Part shown: piece by piece, positions 41,439 to 50,699 of the stretch
Numbering within the stretch: the first letter of the stretch is position 1
Layout of the letters: each line of letters opens with the position of its first letter
Source of the DNA: Candidatus Dadabacteria bacterium
GTDB lineage: Bacteria; Desulfobacterota_D; UBA1144; Nemesobacterales; JADFKM01
Length of the DNA: 64,000 nt
Assembly: GCA_022564935.1 (NCBI GenBank)
Contig: JADFKM010000002.1
Span: 2,285 to 66,284, forward strand
Direction of reading: 5' to 3'
Notes under the pieces: model-generated
What the model was told of the DNA's origin: nothing
Databases searched by the model: none
What the model saw: the letters and a program-made list of their open reading frames with translations, nothing else
Position numbers and translations under genes: made by a program

Positions 41439-42380
41439 CTATTGAACGATAGAGCCTATTCTTCCCCACCTGATAATGTCATAAAAACTGTTGTGATTGG
41501 AATTTATGGACAAATGGATGATAAATGCTTTGCCGACAACATTGCTTAAGGGAGCAAAACCCCACCAGCGGCTGTCCCTGCTGTTATCCCTGTTATCACC
41601 AATTAAGAATATAGAACCCTCGGGAATTTTTGATACCGGGATCTTAGTTCCCTTCTGGGTTCTTTCCTTATCCTTATTGTATATCACAGTGTGCAGATTG
41701 CCGAAAAGGTTTTCACTGTACCGGTCTTTTATATCGTCCTGACCGGGCATAAGGGTATAATCACCTTCATAAGAGAGCGGAACCTCCACCCCGTTAATAA
41801 CCAGGTTTCTACCCTTAATATCAATGCTGTCCCCAGGCAGCCCTACGACCCGCTTTATGTAATGTTGATTTTTCTTCGAAGGGTCTCTTTCGGGGTTCGG
41901 GTATATAAACACAACAACATCTCCCCTCTTTATGTCACTAAGAGGGGGGATGATTAATGTGTCGGTAAAGGGAATTTTCACACCGTAGATAAACTTATTA
42001 ACCAGAAGATGGTCACCTATCAGAAGCGTAGGAATCATTGAACCCGAAGGTATCTTGAACGGCTGAAATATAAATGCTCTTATAAACAGGGCAAGGAGAA
42101 CAGCCATGAGAAGAGACTCTATATTTTGGCGGATTTTAGATTTCTTGAATTTCAGAAGGTGTTTATCAACGGCTTCTTTCAGGTCGTTAACCCTTCCCCC
42201 CAGCTCTTCATAGTCGCTATCCTCAAGAGCCCTTTGGGTTTCTCGTATCATTAACTCAACACGGCCGGCCGCCGCGGAATCAACTTTAGAAGAGTGATCC
42301 TTGAGCAGCTTTTTAGCCTCTTTAAGCGCAGAGCTGGCTTTGGTATTTAGATTTTTTTGTTCCGAACCGGGGATTTCCAT
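41439..42380 (-). CDS. lepB: Signal peptidase I with a ~90-aa N-terminal cytoplasmic extension
   Basis: Catalytic IPSGSMIPTL (Ser) and KRVVGLPGD (Lys), plus a GDNRDNSRDSR box. 313 aa. Confidence 0.9.
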   Translation of the reverse strand: MEIPGSEQKNLNTKASSALKEAKKLLKDHSSKVDSAAAGRVELMIRETQRALEDSDYEELGGRVNDLKEAVDKHLLKFKKSKIRQNIESLLMAVLLALFIRAFIFQPFKIPSGSMIPTLLIGDHLLVNKFIYGVKIPFTDTLIIPPLSDIKRGDVVVFIYPNPERDPSKKNQHYIKRVVGLPGDSIDIKGRNLVINGVEVPLSYEGDYTLMPGQDDIKDRYSENLFGNLHTVIYNKDKERTQKGTKIPVSKIPEGSIFLIGDNRDNSRDSRWWGFAPLSNVVGKAFIIHLSINSNHNSFYDIIRWGRIGSIVQ

Positions 42381-42539
42381 CGCAGAGTCTTGATTATATA
42401 TCGGTATAAGGGTTCTTGCAACATCAGCTCTTACCGACTGTATTTAATATAGTTGCCCGATGTAATCCATACATTCAATCAAAAAGTAAACGGTTTTGGT
42501 TAAGTTCATTGCCCTTAGGCGTATTATTAGGTCTCATTC

Positions 42540-44696
42540 CTAGGCCTCTGTGACACGTTCAACCAACAACACGCCTTTTACTCTTCTGATCGAGCTCATA
42601 ATCCCTTCAAGCTGCTTGAGGTCGGACACGGTAACATCGAAGGTCCCTAGGGCCATGTCGTCGGCCGTCGTGTGAATTTCGGCCATCGAAATGTTTACCT
42701 CAGATGTTGCGATCGAATTCGATATGCTGGAAAGCATGCCGGGCCGGTCTGAGCATGTTACGACTATCCTGGCAATCCACTTTGTTTTAGCGGTCGCATC
42801 CCACTCTATTTCTATCTTCCTCTGCGGGTCGACATTGAGTATTTCAGGACAATTGTGCCTGTGTATTGTGATACCCCTTCCGCGAGTGATATACCCCTCA
42901 ATAGGCTCCCCGGGCAGCGGAGAGCAACAATTGCCCAACCTCACGAGGATGTTGTCGTATCCTTTTACAATCACTCCCCCTTGGGTTTCGCTCACCAATG
43001 ATTTGACTATTCTCTTTATTCTAGATTCTTTTTCAGGCTCTTTTTCCTGCTCCTCTTTGGGCAGTACCGACCTTATCAGCTCATTAACGGTGATGCTTCC
43101 AAATGCAACGGCCACATATAACTCTTCGGCATCCTTTACGGACAGGTTTGAGATATGAGAATCCAGCTCGCCGCTCTTCAACATGGATTGAAAATCAAGG
43201 CCTTTCTGCTTGAATTTTCTCTCTACTATGGATTTTCCCATAACCTTCGCCTGTTTTCTCTCCTCAGTCCTCAGCCAGGAGCGTATTCTGGTTTTTGCGC
43301 GTGAAGATACTACGAACTTCAACCAGTCACGACTCGGCACCCTGTCCCTCGAAGTCGTTATCTCCACTTTGTCTCCGCTTCTAAGATTATAATCAAGCGG
43401 CACTATCTTACCGTTAACAACCGCCCTCGAGCAGCGGTTTCCAACCTCGGTATGAATGGCGTAGGCAAAATCCACGGGGGTTGACCCGGAGACCAGCTCC
43501 TTAAGGTCGCCCTTCGGGGTGAAAACGTAGACCATATTACTCGGCAATAGGTCTCCCTTTATCGCCTCGAGGAACTCGGAGGGGTCCTTAATGTCCTTCC
43601 ACTCAAGCAGCTTTCTCAAATTTGCGTATATCTTGTAGCTCTCACCCTCTTCTACTTCCCCTTCCTTATACTTCCAATGGGCGGCTATACCGTACTCGGC
43701 TATCTCGTGCATCCTGTCGGTCCTTATCTGAACTTCCATCCTTTCCCCGAAGGGACCCATCACACATGTATGAAGCGACTGGTAGCCGTTGCTCTTCGGT
43801 AGTGCTATGTAGTCTTTAAACCTTCCAGGCACGGGTTTCCAGGTCGAATGTACGGCGCCGAGGGTCTGGTAGCACTTCTTTGTGTCGTCTGTGATGATTC
43901 TAAAGGCGATTACGTCATGCAGCTGATCGAGTTCGATATCAAGGGCCTTCATTTTGTTGTAGATTCCATATAAGTGCTTAAATCTACCCGTAATCTCGGC
44001 AGTTATACCAAATTCATCAAGTTTTCCTTTAAGTATTTCAGAAACTTCCTTCACATACTTTTCCCACTCTCCCCTCTTCGAGGCCACAATCTCGGAAAGC
44101 TGAAGATACTCCTGGGGTTGGTTAAACCTGAATGCCAAATCTTCGAGCTCAGTCCTTATCCAGTATATTCCCAACCTGTGAGCCAAAGGGGCATATATAT
44201 CCAGAGTCTCCCTCGCAATCCTCTTGCGTTTTTCCTCATGCAGAGGCTCCAGTGTGCGCATATTGTGCAGCCTGTCGGCAAGCTTGATAAGCACAACCCT
44301 GATGTCCTTGGCGGTGGCAAGGATAAGTTTCCTGAAGCTTTCGGCCTGCTTGGCAATTTTTGAGCTAACGGGAAGCTTGCTTATCTTGGTAACGCCATCC
44401 ACGAGAGATGCGACTTCAGAGCCAAAGAGAGAGTCAATGTCCTCAAGGGTCGTCAACGTGTCCTCGACGGTGTCGTGAAGCAGGGCGGTAATTATAGTAG
44501 GTACACCCAATCGCATTTCAGCCAGAATACCGGCTACCTCGAGCGGGTGGCTCAGGTAAGGCTCCCCCGAGCTGCGCTTTTGACCGGCGTGCACCTTTGC
44601 GCTGTATACATAAGCCTTTTTAAGCTCCTCTATATCTTCATCCTGAAGAGGGAGATAGGTGCTTAGCTTTTCAACTACATCATTTAAACGTAACAT
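42540..44696 (-). CDS. Bifunctional (p)ppGpp synthetase/hydrolase, RelA/SpoT family
   Basis: 718 aa. HD hydrolase motif (HPLEV...LLHDTVEDT), synthetase block (YQSLHT...EVQIRT), and TGS and ACT domains. Confidence 0.93.
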   Translation of the reverse strand: MLRLNDVVEKLSTYLPLQDEDIEELKKAYVYSAKVHAGQKRSSGEPYLSHPLEVAGILAEMRLGVPTIITALLHDTVEDTLTTLEDIDSLFGSEVASLVDGVTKISKLPVSSKIAKQAESFRKLILATAKDIRVVLIKLADRLHNMRTLEPLHEEKRKRIARETLDIYAPLAHRLGIYWIRTELEDLAFRFNQPQEYLQLSEIVASKRGEWEKYVKEVSEILKGKLDEFGITAEITGRFKHLYGIYNKMKALDIELDQLHDVIAFRIITDDTKKCYQTLGAVHSTWKPVPGRFKDYIALPKSNGYQSLHTCVMGPFGERMEVQIRTDRMHEIAEYGIAAHWKYKEGEVEEGESYKIYANLRKLLEWKDIKDPSEFLEAIKGDLLPSNMVYVFTPKGDLKELVSGSTPVDFAYAIHTEVGNRCSRAVVNGKIVPLDYNLRSGDKVEITTSRDRVPSRDWLKFVVSSRAKTRIRSWLRTEERKQAKVMGKSIVERKFKQKGLDFQSMLKSGELDSHISNLSVKDAEELYVAVAFGSITVNELIRSVLPKEEQEKEPEKESRIKRIVKSLVSETQGGVIVKGYDNILVRLGNCCSPLPGEPIEGYITRGRGITIHRHNCPEILNVDPQRKIEIEWDATAKTKWIARIVVTCSDRPGMLSSISNSIATSEVNISMAEIHTTADDMALGTFDVTVSDLKQLEGIMSSIRRVKGVLLVERVTEA

Positions 44697-44734
44697 GTGT
44701 TAACAGATCAAAGCCTGCTCGGATATTCAAATCT

Positions 44735-45301
44735 CTACCTTTTTTTCCTCTCAGCTATAACTATCCCCTCCAAGGCCTCGACTGCCTCGTCCAAGTCGTC
44801 ATTAACAATAATATAATCATAGCTTTCTCTATTTTCCATCTCTTCATTAAACCTCTTAAGTCTAACGTCAAGCCTGTCGTCCTTTCCGGCTTTCCTCCTC
44901 CGAAGCCTTTCGGTCTGTGTGTTTAACGAAGGAGGGGCTATAAAGATATAAACCCCCTTTCCGTATCGTTTCTTGATGCTTCCCACGCCCTGCTCATCGA
45001 CCTCAAGTATAAGATCCGAGCCATGTTTAAGGAATATCTCGATCTCGCTTAATGGAGTTCCGTAAAGATTTCCGTATACATTCGCCCATTCGGCAAACTC
45101 CCCGTTGGCGATCATTTCCTCAAAGTGGCGCTCATTGATGAATTTGTAGTCCACTCCATCCCTTTCTCCGGGTCTGGGCTTGCGGGTCGTGTACGAAATA
45201 GAATATCTAAGACCCCGCACCCCGCTAAGGAGTTGTTTCACGAGCGTCGTCTTGCCGCTCCCGGACGGGCCGGATATAACAAAAAGTATGCCCTCTTGCA
45301 T
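44735..45301 (-). CDS. gmk: Guanylate kinase
   Basis: ISGPSGSGKTTL P-loop; 188 aa. Confidence 0.93.
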   Translation of the reverse strand: MQEGILFVISGPSGSGKTTLVKQLLSGVRGLRYSISYTTRKPRPGERDGVDYKFINERHFEEMIANGEFAEWANVYGNLYGTPLSEIEIFLKHGSDLILEVDEQGVGSIKKRYGKGVYIFIAPPSLNTQTERLRRRKAGKDDRLDVRLKRFNEEMENRESYDYIIVNDDLDEAVEALEGIVIAERKKR

Positions 45302-45712
45302 ATATGACGATTCTCAGCCGCCTAAACCCTTTACGTTAGGATAATCTCGCGGCTTTTCCAACGATTTCAGATAATTAATTTACAATTATCACACAATTTG
45401 GCAAGTATATGCGCGTACTATCAGAGAGAAACAAATCAGCTCTTAATTTCGGAATCCGCCTGAAAAAGGGGATATCTGGGATGGGGATGGTACTCGTCAT
45501 TAGGCAAATGTTTAGTGATATGGAAGTGGAGCGCATCATAACTACGGCGATATACAAAAATCCCTGGGCATATTCATTAAACCCGAAAGCCTTTTGTCTT
45601 AAATAAGTAGAATCGTCCATCGGAGCCCTTCATAAAAACAGGCTTTTACCTCTAAAAATATAGCAACAGCACTCATATCATCTCAAGACAATGAGCCAGG
45701 ATAGTGCATAAG

Positions 45713-46801
45713 CTAAACAACATCGCTCCATTCTTTTTCGAGTATTTCCACCAATTCCTTCACCGATTGGGACTTGGATTTATCCAGCACCAGAATGGCG
45801 TCCCCGGTGTCCACCACTATCACGTTACGAAGACCGACAATGCCGACCGGCTTATCGCCTCCTATGACCAAACAACCTGAGGAATCAACCGAAATTCCGT
45901 CACCGAGCATCACGTTTTCACTTGCATCCCTGCGTAGATACACGTCCAGCGCCTCCCAACTGCCCAAGTCGCTCCAGGGATAGTCCACGGGAATTACCAC
46001 CGTATCCGTGGATTTCTCAAGCAGAAGCTTGTCTATAGACCCGTCTTCGACCGTGGAATAAAAATTCTCAATTGCGCCCTCTGCCCCATCTCCGCCTATT
46101 CCCTCCTCAAGCTCAGTTAGAGAGGTCCTCCACTCGGCGAGGGTCATTTTGATCTCCTCAAGCACCCTCTTTGCTTTCCACATGAACATACCGCTGTTCC
46201 AATAGTACCCGCCCTCCTCAAGATAAGACCTTGCCTTTTCGATATCGGGCTTCTCGGTGAACTCAGAGACCATTCTTACCTCATGTGCGTCAATCTTACT
46301 GATTAACTCACCCGACCTTATGTAACCATAACCGGTCTCAGGACTCTTTGGCTTGAGGCCGAACATAACAAGCGGACTCGCCCCTGAGGGCAGCTTGGTA
46401 TCCAAAACCTTCTCTCCGACCATCACCGCTTTATTGAACGCTTCTTCGTCGCCTACCGCATGGTCTGAGGGAAGAACCAGCATCGCCGCCTCAGGGTCAA
46501 CTGAGCTCAAATGTGCGGCGCCGAGCGCTATGCAGGCACATGTGTTTTTCCCCACAGGCTCAAGGATTAAGTTTTGTTTAGGCAGCTCGGGGATTTGTAT
46601 CAAGGTCTGCTCCGCGTACCTCCGGACGGTGACTATCAAAACATTCCCGATAGGCACAATGGGAAGAACTCTGTCCACCGTGTGCCTCAGCATCGTTCTA
46701 TCCCCTATAAGGGATAGGAACTGCTTGGGCTTACTCTTCCTTCCCAGCGGCCAGAATCTCTTCCCCTCCCCGCCAGCCATAATGAGAACGTAGATTCGCA
46801 T
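45713..46801 (-). CDS. Mannose-1-phosphate guanylyltransferase (no isomerase/cupin domain)
   Basis: MAGGEGKRFWPLGRKSKPKQFL nucleotidyltransferase signature; 362 aa. Confidence 0.8.
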   Translation of the reverse strand: MRIYVLIMAGGEGKRFWPLGRKSKPKQFLSLIGDRTMLRHTVDRVLPIVPIGNVLIVTVRRYAEQTLIQIPELPKQNLILEPVGKNTCACIALGAAHLSSVDPEAAMLVLPSDHAVGDEEAFNKAVMVGEKVLDTKLPSGASPLVMFGLKPKSPETGYGYIRSGELISKIDAHEVRMVSEFTEKPDIEKARSYLEEGGYYWNSGMFMWKAKRVLEEIKMTLAEWRTSLTELEEGIGGDGAEGAIENFYSTVEDGSIDKLLLEKSTDTVVIPVDYPWSDLGSWEALDVYLRRDASENVMLGDGISVDSSGCLVIGGDKPVGIVGLRNVIVVDTGDAILVLDKSKSQSVKELVEILEKEWSDVV

Positions 46802-46897
46802 AGAACAGCCATTCCGATATTCACCGGCTCGGAAAGCACAAAGCTACACCATCACAGTTGATTTGACAAACATAACCCGCACAGAAAAATTATACCA

Positions 46898-47782
46898 ATG
46901 AAATCTTTTGAAGATCTCTTGGCCTCTAAACCTACTATTATAACGGTTGAGGTCACACCTCCCAAGGGAGCCGATTCCCAGGAAATCATCGGACGGGCAA
47001 AAAAACTCAAAGGGCTTGCCGACGCCATCAACATTACTTCATGCCCAATGGCTAAGCTGAACATGAGCTCGGTGGTCTTCGGCCATCTGCTAAAAACAAC
47101 CCTCGACATAGACGTTCTCGTGAACGTAACGACCAGAGACCGGAACATTCTGGGCATTCAAAGCGAGCTGCTGGGAGCCCATGCCCTGGGGATCAAAAAC
47201 CTGGTATCCCTCAAGGGAGACAGAATGAGCATCGGGGATTTCCCTGACAGCGCAGAAGTGTTCGAGGTCAACTCTATCGAGCTGCTGGGTATAATAAAAA
47301 ACCTCAACACGGGTCTTGACGCCCTTGGAAGAGGGATTAAAGGCGGAACCGACTTCTTCTCCGGAGCCGTGCTAAACCCCAACAACCTAGCCTCAAAAGA
47401 CAACCTTCTTAGAAGAATAAAGAAAAGGCAGCAGCTCGACGTGAAGTTCTTTTTGACCCAGCCGCTCTATTCCATAGACAAGATACTCGCCTTCGGAGAC
47501 TTAGTGGGAAATACGGACATTCCCATTATTTTAGGCATCCTACCGCTCAAAAGCCGCAAAATGGCCGAAACCATATCCAAGGGACTGCCGGGGGTCGAGA
47601 TTCCCACGCGCATTCTCGATAGAATTAGCGAGCTTCCCGATGAAGACATAAGGAGCTATGCGCTTGAGAACAGCCTGACAAAAATGGAAAAGGTCAAAGA
47701 CAGCTTCGCCGGCTTTCACATCATGACGGCCGGAGACCTGACCTACGCAAAAAACCTTATAGAGCTTTTCAACAAGAGTTGA
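46898..47782 (+). CDS. Methylenetetrahydrofolate reductase family protein (MetF-like)
   Basis: 294 aa. ITVEVTPPKG...NVTTRDRNILGIQSELLGAHALGIKNLVSLKGD resembles the MTHFR TIM-barrel core. Confidence 0.7.
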   Translation: MKSFEDLLASKPTIITVEVTPPKGADSQEIIGRAKKLKGLADAINITSCPMAKLNMSSVVFGHLLKTTLDIDVLVNVTTRDRNILGIQSELLGAHALGIKNLVSLKGDRMSIGDFPDSAEVFEVNSIELLGIIKNLNTGLDALGRGIKGGTDFFSGAVLNPNNLASKDNLLRRIKKRQQLDVKFFLTQPLYSIDKILAFGDLVGNTDIPIILGILPLKSRKMAETISKGLPGVEIPTRILDRISELPDEDIRSYALENSLTKMEKVKDSFAGFHIMTAGDLTYAKNLIELFNKS

Positions 47783-48471
47783 AGTACATGCCCGAGACAG
47801 AGCCGCTTTTCACTAAATTAGCCGGAAACTACGACCGTCTAAACAGCATATGCAGCTTAGGGATAGATGCATCGTGGAGAAAGAGGCTTGCCGCCGAGAT
47901 TGGGCAGTGTCAACGCGTCCTCGACGTCGCCACAGGGACGGCGGAAGTGTGCATTGAAGTGGCCAGGAAGTGGCCCGATGCGAAGATAACGGGTATCGAT
48001 CCGAGTTCCCATATGATCCGTATTGCGGAGGAAAAGACGCGAAAATTAGGCCTTGAGGGGAGAATCGATCTGGTTGAAGGCTCCGCAGAGAACCTGCCGT
48101 TCGAGGACGGCTTATTCGACGCCGTGACCATAGCGTTCGGCATCAGGAACACCGTCGATCCGCTGCTTTCATTGAGAGAGATGGCCAGGGTGCTGAGGCC
48201 CTCAGGAAGTATCGGGGTGCTCGAATTCGCGGTGCCCTCTAACTCGTTGTTCTCACCCATTTATATGTTCTACATGAGAAACGTCATACCGCTGCTCGGC
48301 TCAATATTTGGCTGCAGGCCGGAGTACCGATACCTTGCCGAATCTATTCCAAGTTTTCCACAGCGCACAGAGTTTGCCGAGCTCATGAGGGACGCCGGCT
48401 TCGAGCCGCCACGATGGTTTGAACTCACCCTGGGAATAGTAGTTCTCTATTCGGGGGTCAAGGCATCTTAG
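47779..48471 (+). CDS. ubiE: Demethylmenaquinone/ubiquinone methyltransferase UbiE/MenG family
   Basis: YDRLNSICSLGIDASWRK and the SAM motif VLDVATGTAEV. The TTG at 47779 overlaps the metF-like stop (TTGA); an alternative ATG is at 47788. Confidence 0.8.
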   Translation: MKYMPETEPLFTKLAGNYDRLNSICSLGIDASWRKRLAAEIGQCQRVLDVATGTAEVCIEVARKWPDAKITGIDPSSHMIRIAEEKTRKLGLEGRIDLVEGSAENLPFEDGLFDAVTIAFGIRNTVDPLLSLREMARVLRPSGSIGVLEFAVPSNSLFSPIYMFYMRNVIPLLGSIFGCRPEYRYLAESIPSFPQRTEFAELMRDAGFEPPRWFELTLGIVVLYSGVKAS

Positions 48472-49481
48472 CGGCCGAATATCTCCAGTATGGCCTTCTG
48501 GTATTCCCCCACCTCGTCGAAGTCCAGGTAGTAATGGGGAGCGCTCAATATGGGCAGGTCTACGTACCGCCTGTATTCCTGAACCCTCCTCCTGCATTCT
48601 TCAACGTCCCCTACAACGGCAAAGGCTCTGACCATTTCATCGCTTACGTTCTTTATCATGGAATCTAGGTCTTCTTTAAAGAAGGCCTCACGGATTAAAG
48701 CGGCCTCCCGCTCGAAGCCGTGCAGCTTAAAAGGGGGTGCATAAGTCTTGACCGTCGCATAAAAAGCAATGGTTCTTCGAGCGGCATCCTCCGCCCTCTT
48801 CCTGTCCTTAGAGGGAGCGCATGTGATTATGGACGAGAGAGTAAAGTCCCCTCTATCCCTGCCCGATACCTCAAGTCCCGATTTGATGCTTGGGCACACC
48901 ACCTCCTTCAAATACTTTAGAGCGCACACAACATGCCCGATGTAGCCGTCGGCCACGGCACCCGCAGCCTTTGTCATGTTCTTCCCCACACCCGCTAGGA
49001 ATATAGGTATGTCCGTCCTGGCTGGTTCGAATGCCCTGTGATAACCCTTGAGGTCTATGTCGTAGTACTCCCCCTTATAGGTAACGGCCTCTCCCCGATG
49101 GACACCCTCGAACATCAACCTCAATAACTCTATATACTCGCTTATCCTTTTGACGGGCTTACCGTGTGAGATACCGTGCCACAGCTCGTTCGTACGCTTC
49201 GCCCCGCTCCCTAGACCGAGTACGAGCCTGCCTCCCGAGATCTCGTCGATGTCAAAAGCGGTAAGGGCCATTAGGAGGGGGGTTCTGGTAAAAGCAAGCG
49301 CTACTGCCGTGCCGAGCTTGACAGTGCTCGTGTGAAGGGCTGCGGCCGCAAGCTGCCCGAAGGAAGTCCTGTAAAGCTCGGTAGCCCAGACGGAGTCAAA
49401 GCCCGCTGCTTCGGCGTCACCTGCAAGCCGTGCTATTCCTGAGATGGTGTTTGAATCCAGTATCAGGCCGGTTTTCTCCAT
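48468..49481 (-). CDS. Luciferase-like monooxygenase (LLM) family oxidoreductase, possibly F420-dependent
   Basis: 337 aa. AGFDSVWATELY...LGLGSG pattern of the LLM TIM-barrel. Its stop codon overlaps the ubiE stop (TTAG). Confidence 0.75.
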   Translation of the reverse strand: MEKTGLILDSNTISGIARLAGDAEAAGFDSVWATELYRTSFGQLAAAALHTSTVKLGTAVALAFTRTPLLMALTAFDIDEISGGRLVLGLGSGAKRTNELWHGISHGKPVKRISEYIELLRLMFEGVHRGEAVTYKGEYYDIDLKGYHRAFEPARTDIPIFLAGVGKNMTKAAGAVADGYIGHVVCALKYLKEVVCPSIKSGLEVSGRDRGDFTLSSIITCAPSKDRKRAEDAARRTIAFYATVKTYAPPFKLHGFEREAALIREAFFKEDLDSMIKNVSDEMVRAFAVVGDVEECRRRVQEYRRYVDLPILSAPHYYLDFDEVGEYQKAILEIFGR

Positions 49482-49613
49482 AATAACCCGCTCGATAAAA
49501 CGGCATCAACAATCTTACAGACTAAAATATAATGGGAAAAACGCGTTTAATACAAAATCAACGGCACGCAATGCTGACAAACAATCTGAAAATTACTGCC
49601 GGATAGATCTTGC

Positions 49614-49667
49614 GGAGCCATATCTGCAATTAAAACAGGTGGAGCCATATCTACAATTAAAACAGGT
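49614..49667. repeat. Two abutting 27-bp direct repeats GGAGCCATATCT(G/A)CAATTAAAACAGGT
   Basis: Copy 1 is 49614-49640 and copy 2 is 49641-49667, with 1 mismatch. An inverted partial copy, CCTGTTTAAT, lies at 49701-49710. All are in a non-coding region. Confidence 0.9.
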
Positions 49668-50135
49668 ATGGTAGCCGTAAAAGCTTAAACCTTGCCAGTT
49701 CCTGTTTAATGACCATGATATCTCTCTCGACAGCGGTTTTTAAAATTAACAAGACCGATATAGCGGCCTTACTTCTCTGGCTCTAGCCCGGATTCGCAAG
49801 TAGGTCTAAATTCTCATAAAAACAACTATCCGCTTCGTTGTAAGACACTGTTCAAACCTCCGGTTTTTTAAGTATAGGGTAGCACTTCGCTAAGCGAAGG
49901 CAAAGCATCCAATGGCACTACAGGGACAAAACCCCTCGCGTTCTCTGGTTTGTATATGCCCCCGTAGCTTTAGTCGATCTATCTCCCGAGTTGCTCATGG
50001 GCATCTATGAAAGTCGGGGTTTGCGACTTTATTTTAGGATTAATTTCAGGGCAGGCGCAAGACTATACCTTAAAATTTACTCTGCTAATTTTTTTCAGCT
50101 TACAATGAACTTAACAATGTGTGACAGAATCCTCA

Positions 50136-50699
50136 TCAAGTGCTTTCCTGAATCACCTCACTCAGAAGCCGGGTCAGCGCCTCCTCCTTATACCTGATGC
50201 TCTTAAGGATCTTTTTCGCCCTTGCTGATAGGCGCCGATAGCCCCAGAGTGCCCGCCGCTTGGTCTCCTGCCAACCCTCACGCCGGGAATAGAACGTTAG
50301 GTTGACGTCGAAATAGGAGATGCCGTCCGCATCCTTGAGCAAATCGGAGCGGGGGTCGCCGCCCTTCTCATGGTAGGTTACCAGACGGCAAGCCTCTTCC
50401 ACGACGCTCCGCTCCACGCCGCACGCAACCAGAATCGGGCGCAGTATTTCAGCCCCATTGCGGGCATGGGCGGCCTTGAAAGCGTCGTAATCGTAAAAGT
50501 CCGCACGTTTTACCTTGGTCTCCTCGATTGCCCGGTCAATGTCATGAGCCAGCGCCGCAATCTGCAATGCATAGTCGGCATTCGGGTCTAGGTGTAACAG
50601 CCATGCCAGCGTGTTATCAGCATGACGCGGGTCCTCAGGCACCCGGGAGCCAGCGATTATCAAACGAATTTTCTGTTTTGCACAATCGATGCTATCCAT
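50136..50699 (-). CDS. HD-superfamily-like hypothetical protein (possible metal-dependent phosphohydrolase)
   Basis: Start taken at MDSIDCAKQK (ATG 50699), overlapping the upstream gene by 8 nt. H-x27-HD pattern (RHAD...IAALAHDIDRA), with later YHEKG and KDADG. Confidence 0.6.
   Translation of the reverse strand: MDSIDCAKQKIRLIIAGSRVPEDPRHADNTLAWLLHLDPNADYALQIAALAHDIDRAIEETKVKRADFYDYDAFKAAHARNGAEILRPILVACGVERSVVEEACRLVTYHEKGGDPRSDLLKDADGISYFDVNLTFYSRREGWQETKRRALWGYRRLSARAKKILKSIRYKEEALTRLLSEVIQEST

Noticed and set aside
45375-45620. Overlapping 81-aa (minus strand) and 65-aa (plus strand) ORFs
   Set aside because: No RBS, mutually overlapping frames, and non-protein-like composition. They are treated as non-coding pending evidence.
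49614-49667. Possible CRISPR remnant (27-bp repeats)
   Set aside because: Only two copies are present and they abut with no spacer. There are no further copies nearby and no cas genes in the window.
49775-49830. tRNA 3'-end-like fragment (minus strand ...TTGCGAATCCGGGCTAGAGCCA...) as a possible integration-site scar
   Set aside because: The T-stem halves do not pair, the acceptor and CCA register is off, and no integrase is present. The resemblance to TTCGAATCC is too weak to call.
50005-50035. GAAAGTCGGGG resembling the RNase P RNA GGAAAGUCCGGGC core, or a group II intron domain 5
   Set aside because: The match is only partial, and the other conserved RNase P regions and the D5 pairing are absent. 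It is more simply a local 7-bp hairpin.
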